Positions 62,525 through 64,000 of a stretch of 64,000 nt of DNA are shown in pieces. Position numbers and translations under genes: made by a program. This DNA comes from Octopus sinensis (lineage: Eukaryota), in assembly GCF_006345805.1 (NCBI RefSeq), contig NC_043001.1:103230001-103294000 (forward strand), read 5' to 3'. The first letter of the stretch is position 1; every line of letters begins with the position of its first letter. Under the pieces are notes generated by a model that saw only the letters and a list, made by a program, of their open reading frames with translations, was not told the origin of the DNA and ran no database searches.

Positions 62525-63958
62525 ACACACACACGTGTGCGTATTTTGATTGTGCAACTCGCCCATATGCATGTATGCGGGCGCGATTACATTGTTGCAC
62601 ATATCGAGCCCAACTAGCATGCATATGTACATGTGAGGGGGTACACGTACATGCCGTGCGCGTGTACCCCCTGCATTTATACCCGTGCGTGAATATACAC
62701 ATGGAGACTACCACACAGGTACAAATGTGTATAGTAATGGGAGCCCCATCACTACACTCAATGTATAATCTCACCCATCCGCACGGATGTGAAAGTGAAT
62801 CTCCGGTGTATATGTTGAGGCTTATATGTAGCGCTGTGGAGGTGAACGTCGTTGAAATTGTGAATGAATGGGTGGAGTTGGGAATTGTAACCGGGTGGTG
62901 GGCTAGCGTTGCTTGGAATTGGGAATGGAATAGTGTAGTAGTAAGGCAGGCATCGAGAATAGATTGGGTTACTGCAAGTTGTTTGTTAGAGCTGCTAAGA
63001 TGAGCTAAAGCTCATAATTGTATATAATAATTTATTATGGTAGTTTTATTAAAGAATCCATTCATAATAAATTTTTTTTAAGTAGTGTTGGTTTGCCACG
63101 TGGATATAGTTTTTAGTTCCATTTATTCTATTTCTCCATTCATAATTTTAAATGACGTTTACTTTCCATGGCGCGTATTCTTTTTTTACATAAGTTATAT
63201 TTCTATGGTAACGTAATTTTGGTTTGATTTTTTAACGGCTAAGAATTTAATTTCACTTCATAATTTGAAACTGACTTGTAAGTATGTATTTTATTTCTCC
63301 TTATGTCATATTGTTATTTTTGATATTCTGGTTAATTACGATGTATTTAATGTTGTTTTTTATTGGAGTGTTTATGTATATGAGATTGTGTGTGAGTTTT
63401 TAGTTGTATAATTTATTTATCTGTATGAGTGTGGGTGTGTAAATATTGTTGTATATATCGAGTTTAGTGAGTATGTATATGCGTATATGTGAGGGAGTAT
63501 ATGTATCTGTTGTGTGTGTGTGTTTTGCGTGTGTGTGTGTTTGTGTGTGAATGTGTATATGGGTTTGTTATTTAGGTTTTGGGATGTATGTGTTAATTTG
63601 TCTGTGTGGGGAGGGAGTGGGTTTTTGGTGTATATTGAGGTTTATAAGTTAGTATAGGTATGTGTATAAGTCGTGGGTCTGTGGTTTACGTGTGTGTTTT
63701 TTGTGTGTGAATGTTTAGGTTAGGGGGATTGCTATATAGGTTTGTTATAGAGTTTAGCAAAGGGAGATTTTATCGTTATATGGTTTTAAGAGTTTTGGTT
63801 TATCATGGTTTTTTTAGGGAATTCGTGGTAATTTGTCTATTTTCGATGTTGGTTGTTTTATTACATTGTTTCATTCATAATTTTTGAGTGGTGTTCGTTT
63901 TGCCACGTGAATATTATTTTTAATTCCATTTATTCCATTTCTCCATTCATTATTTTAA
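62525..63958 (+). repeat. Direct repeat copy 2 (~1.43 kb, pseudo-LTR)
   Basis: Near-identical to 44901-46334. Confidence 0.93.
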
Positions 63959-64000
63959 AAGATGTTCGTTTCCAGAGCGGTTATACTTTTTATACATATG

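Larger units (their letters stand above)
44489..63958 (+). mobile_element. Penelope-like retroelement (Naiad-type, C-terminal GIY-YIG) with pseudo-LTR direct repeats and inverted 5' segment, interrupted by the virus
   Basis: RT and EN ORF pieces, hammerhead motifs, direct repeat 44901-46334/62525-63958, and inverted repeat 44489-44900/47340-47750. Confidence 0.85.

Overview
Repeat-dense, AT-rich eukaryotic DNA, most likely from an octopus: tRNA-derived SINEs resemble the Octopus OR/OK families, and microsatellites are abundant. Bases 1-44,400 are a patchwork of SINEs, microsatellites, decayed LINEs (CR1/L2, R4/Dong, RTE), mariner/Tc1/pogo/hAT/Helitron relics and several palindromes. Most ORFs in the track there are microsatellite artefacts, and no host gene can be named. 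The main feature is at 44.5-64 kb. An 11,292-bp, apparently complete Polinton/adintovirus-like dsDNA virus genome (49001-60292) has ~306-bp terminal inverted repeats and 13 uninterrupted ORFs: protein-primed PolB, endonuclease VII-like protein, fibre, packaging ATPase, double-jelly-roll capsid, penton, adenain protease, parvovirus-type PLA2 and small core/membrane-active proteins. It encodes no recognisable retroviral-type integrase and has no target-site duplication, unlike canonical Polintons. It is inserted in the RT domain of a Naiad-type Penelope-like retroelement. That element has a C-terminal GIY-YIG endonuclease, two inverted minimal hammerhead ribozymes and ~1.43-kb direct repeats flanking the whole composite. 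All protein identifications come from motif recognition by eye; no database searches were run.
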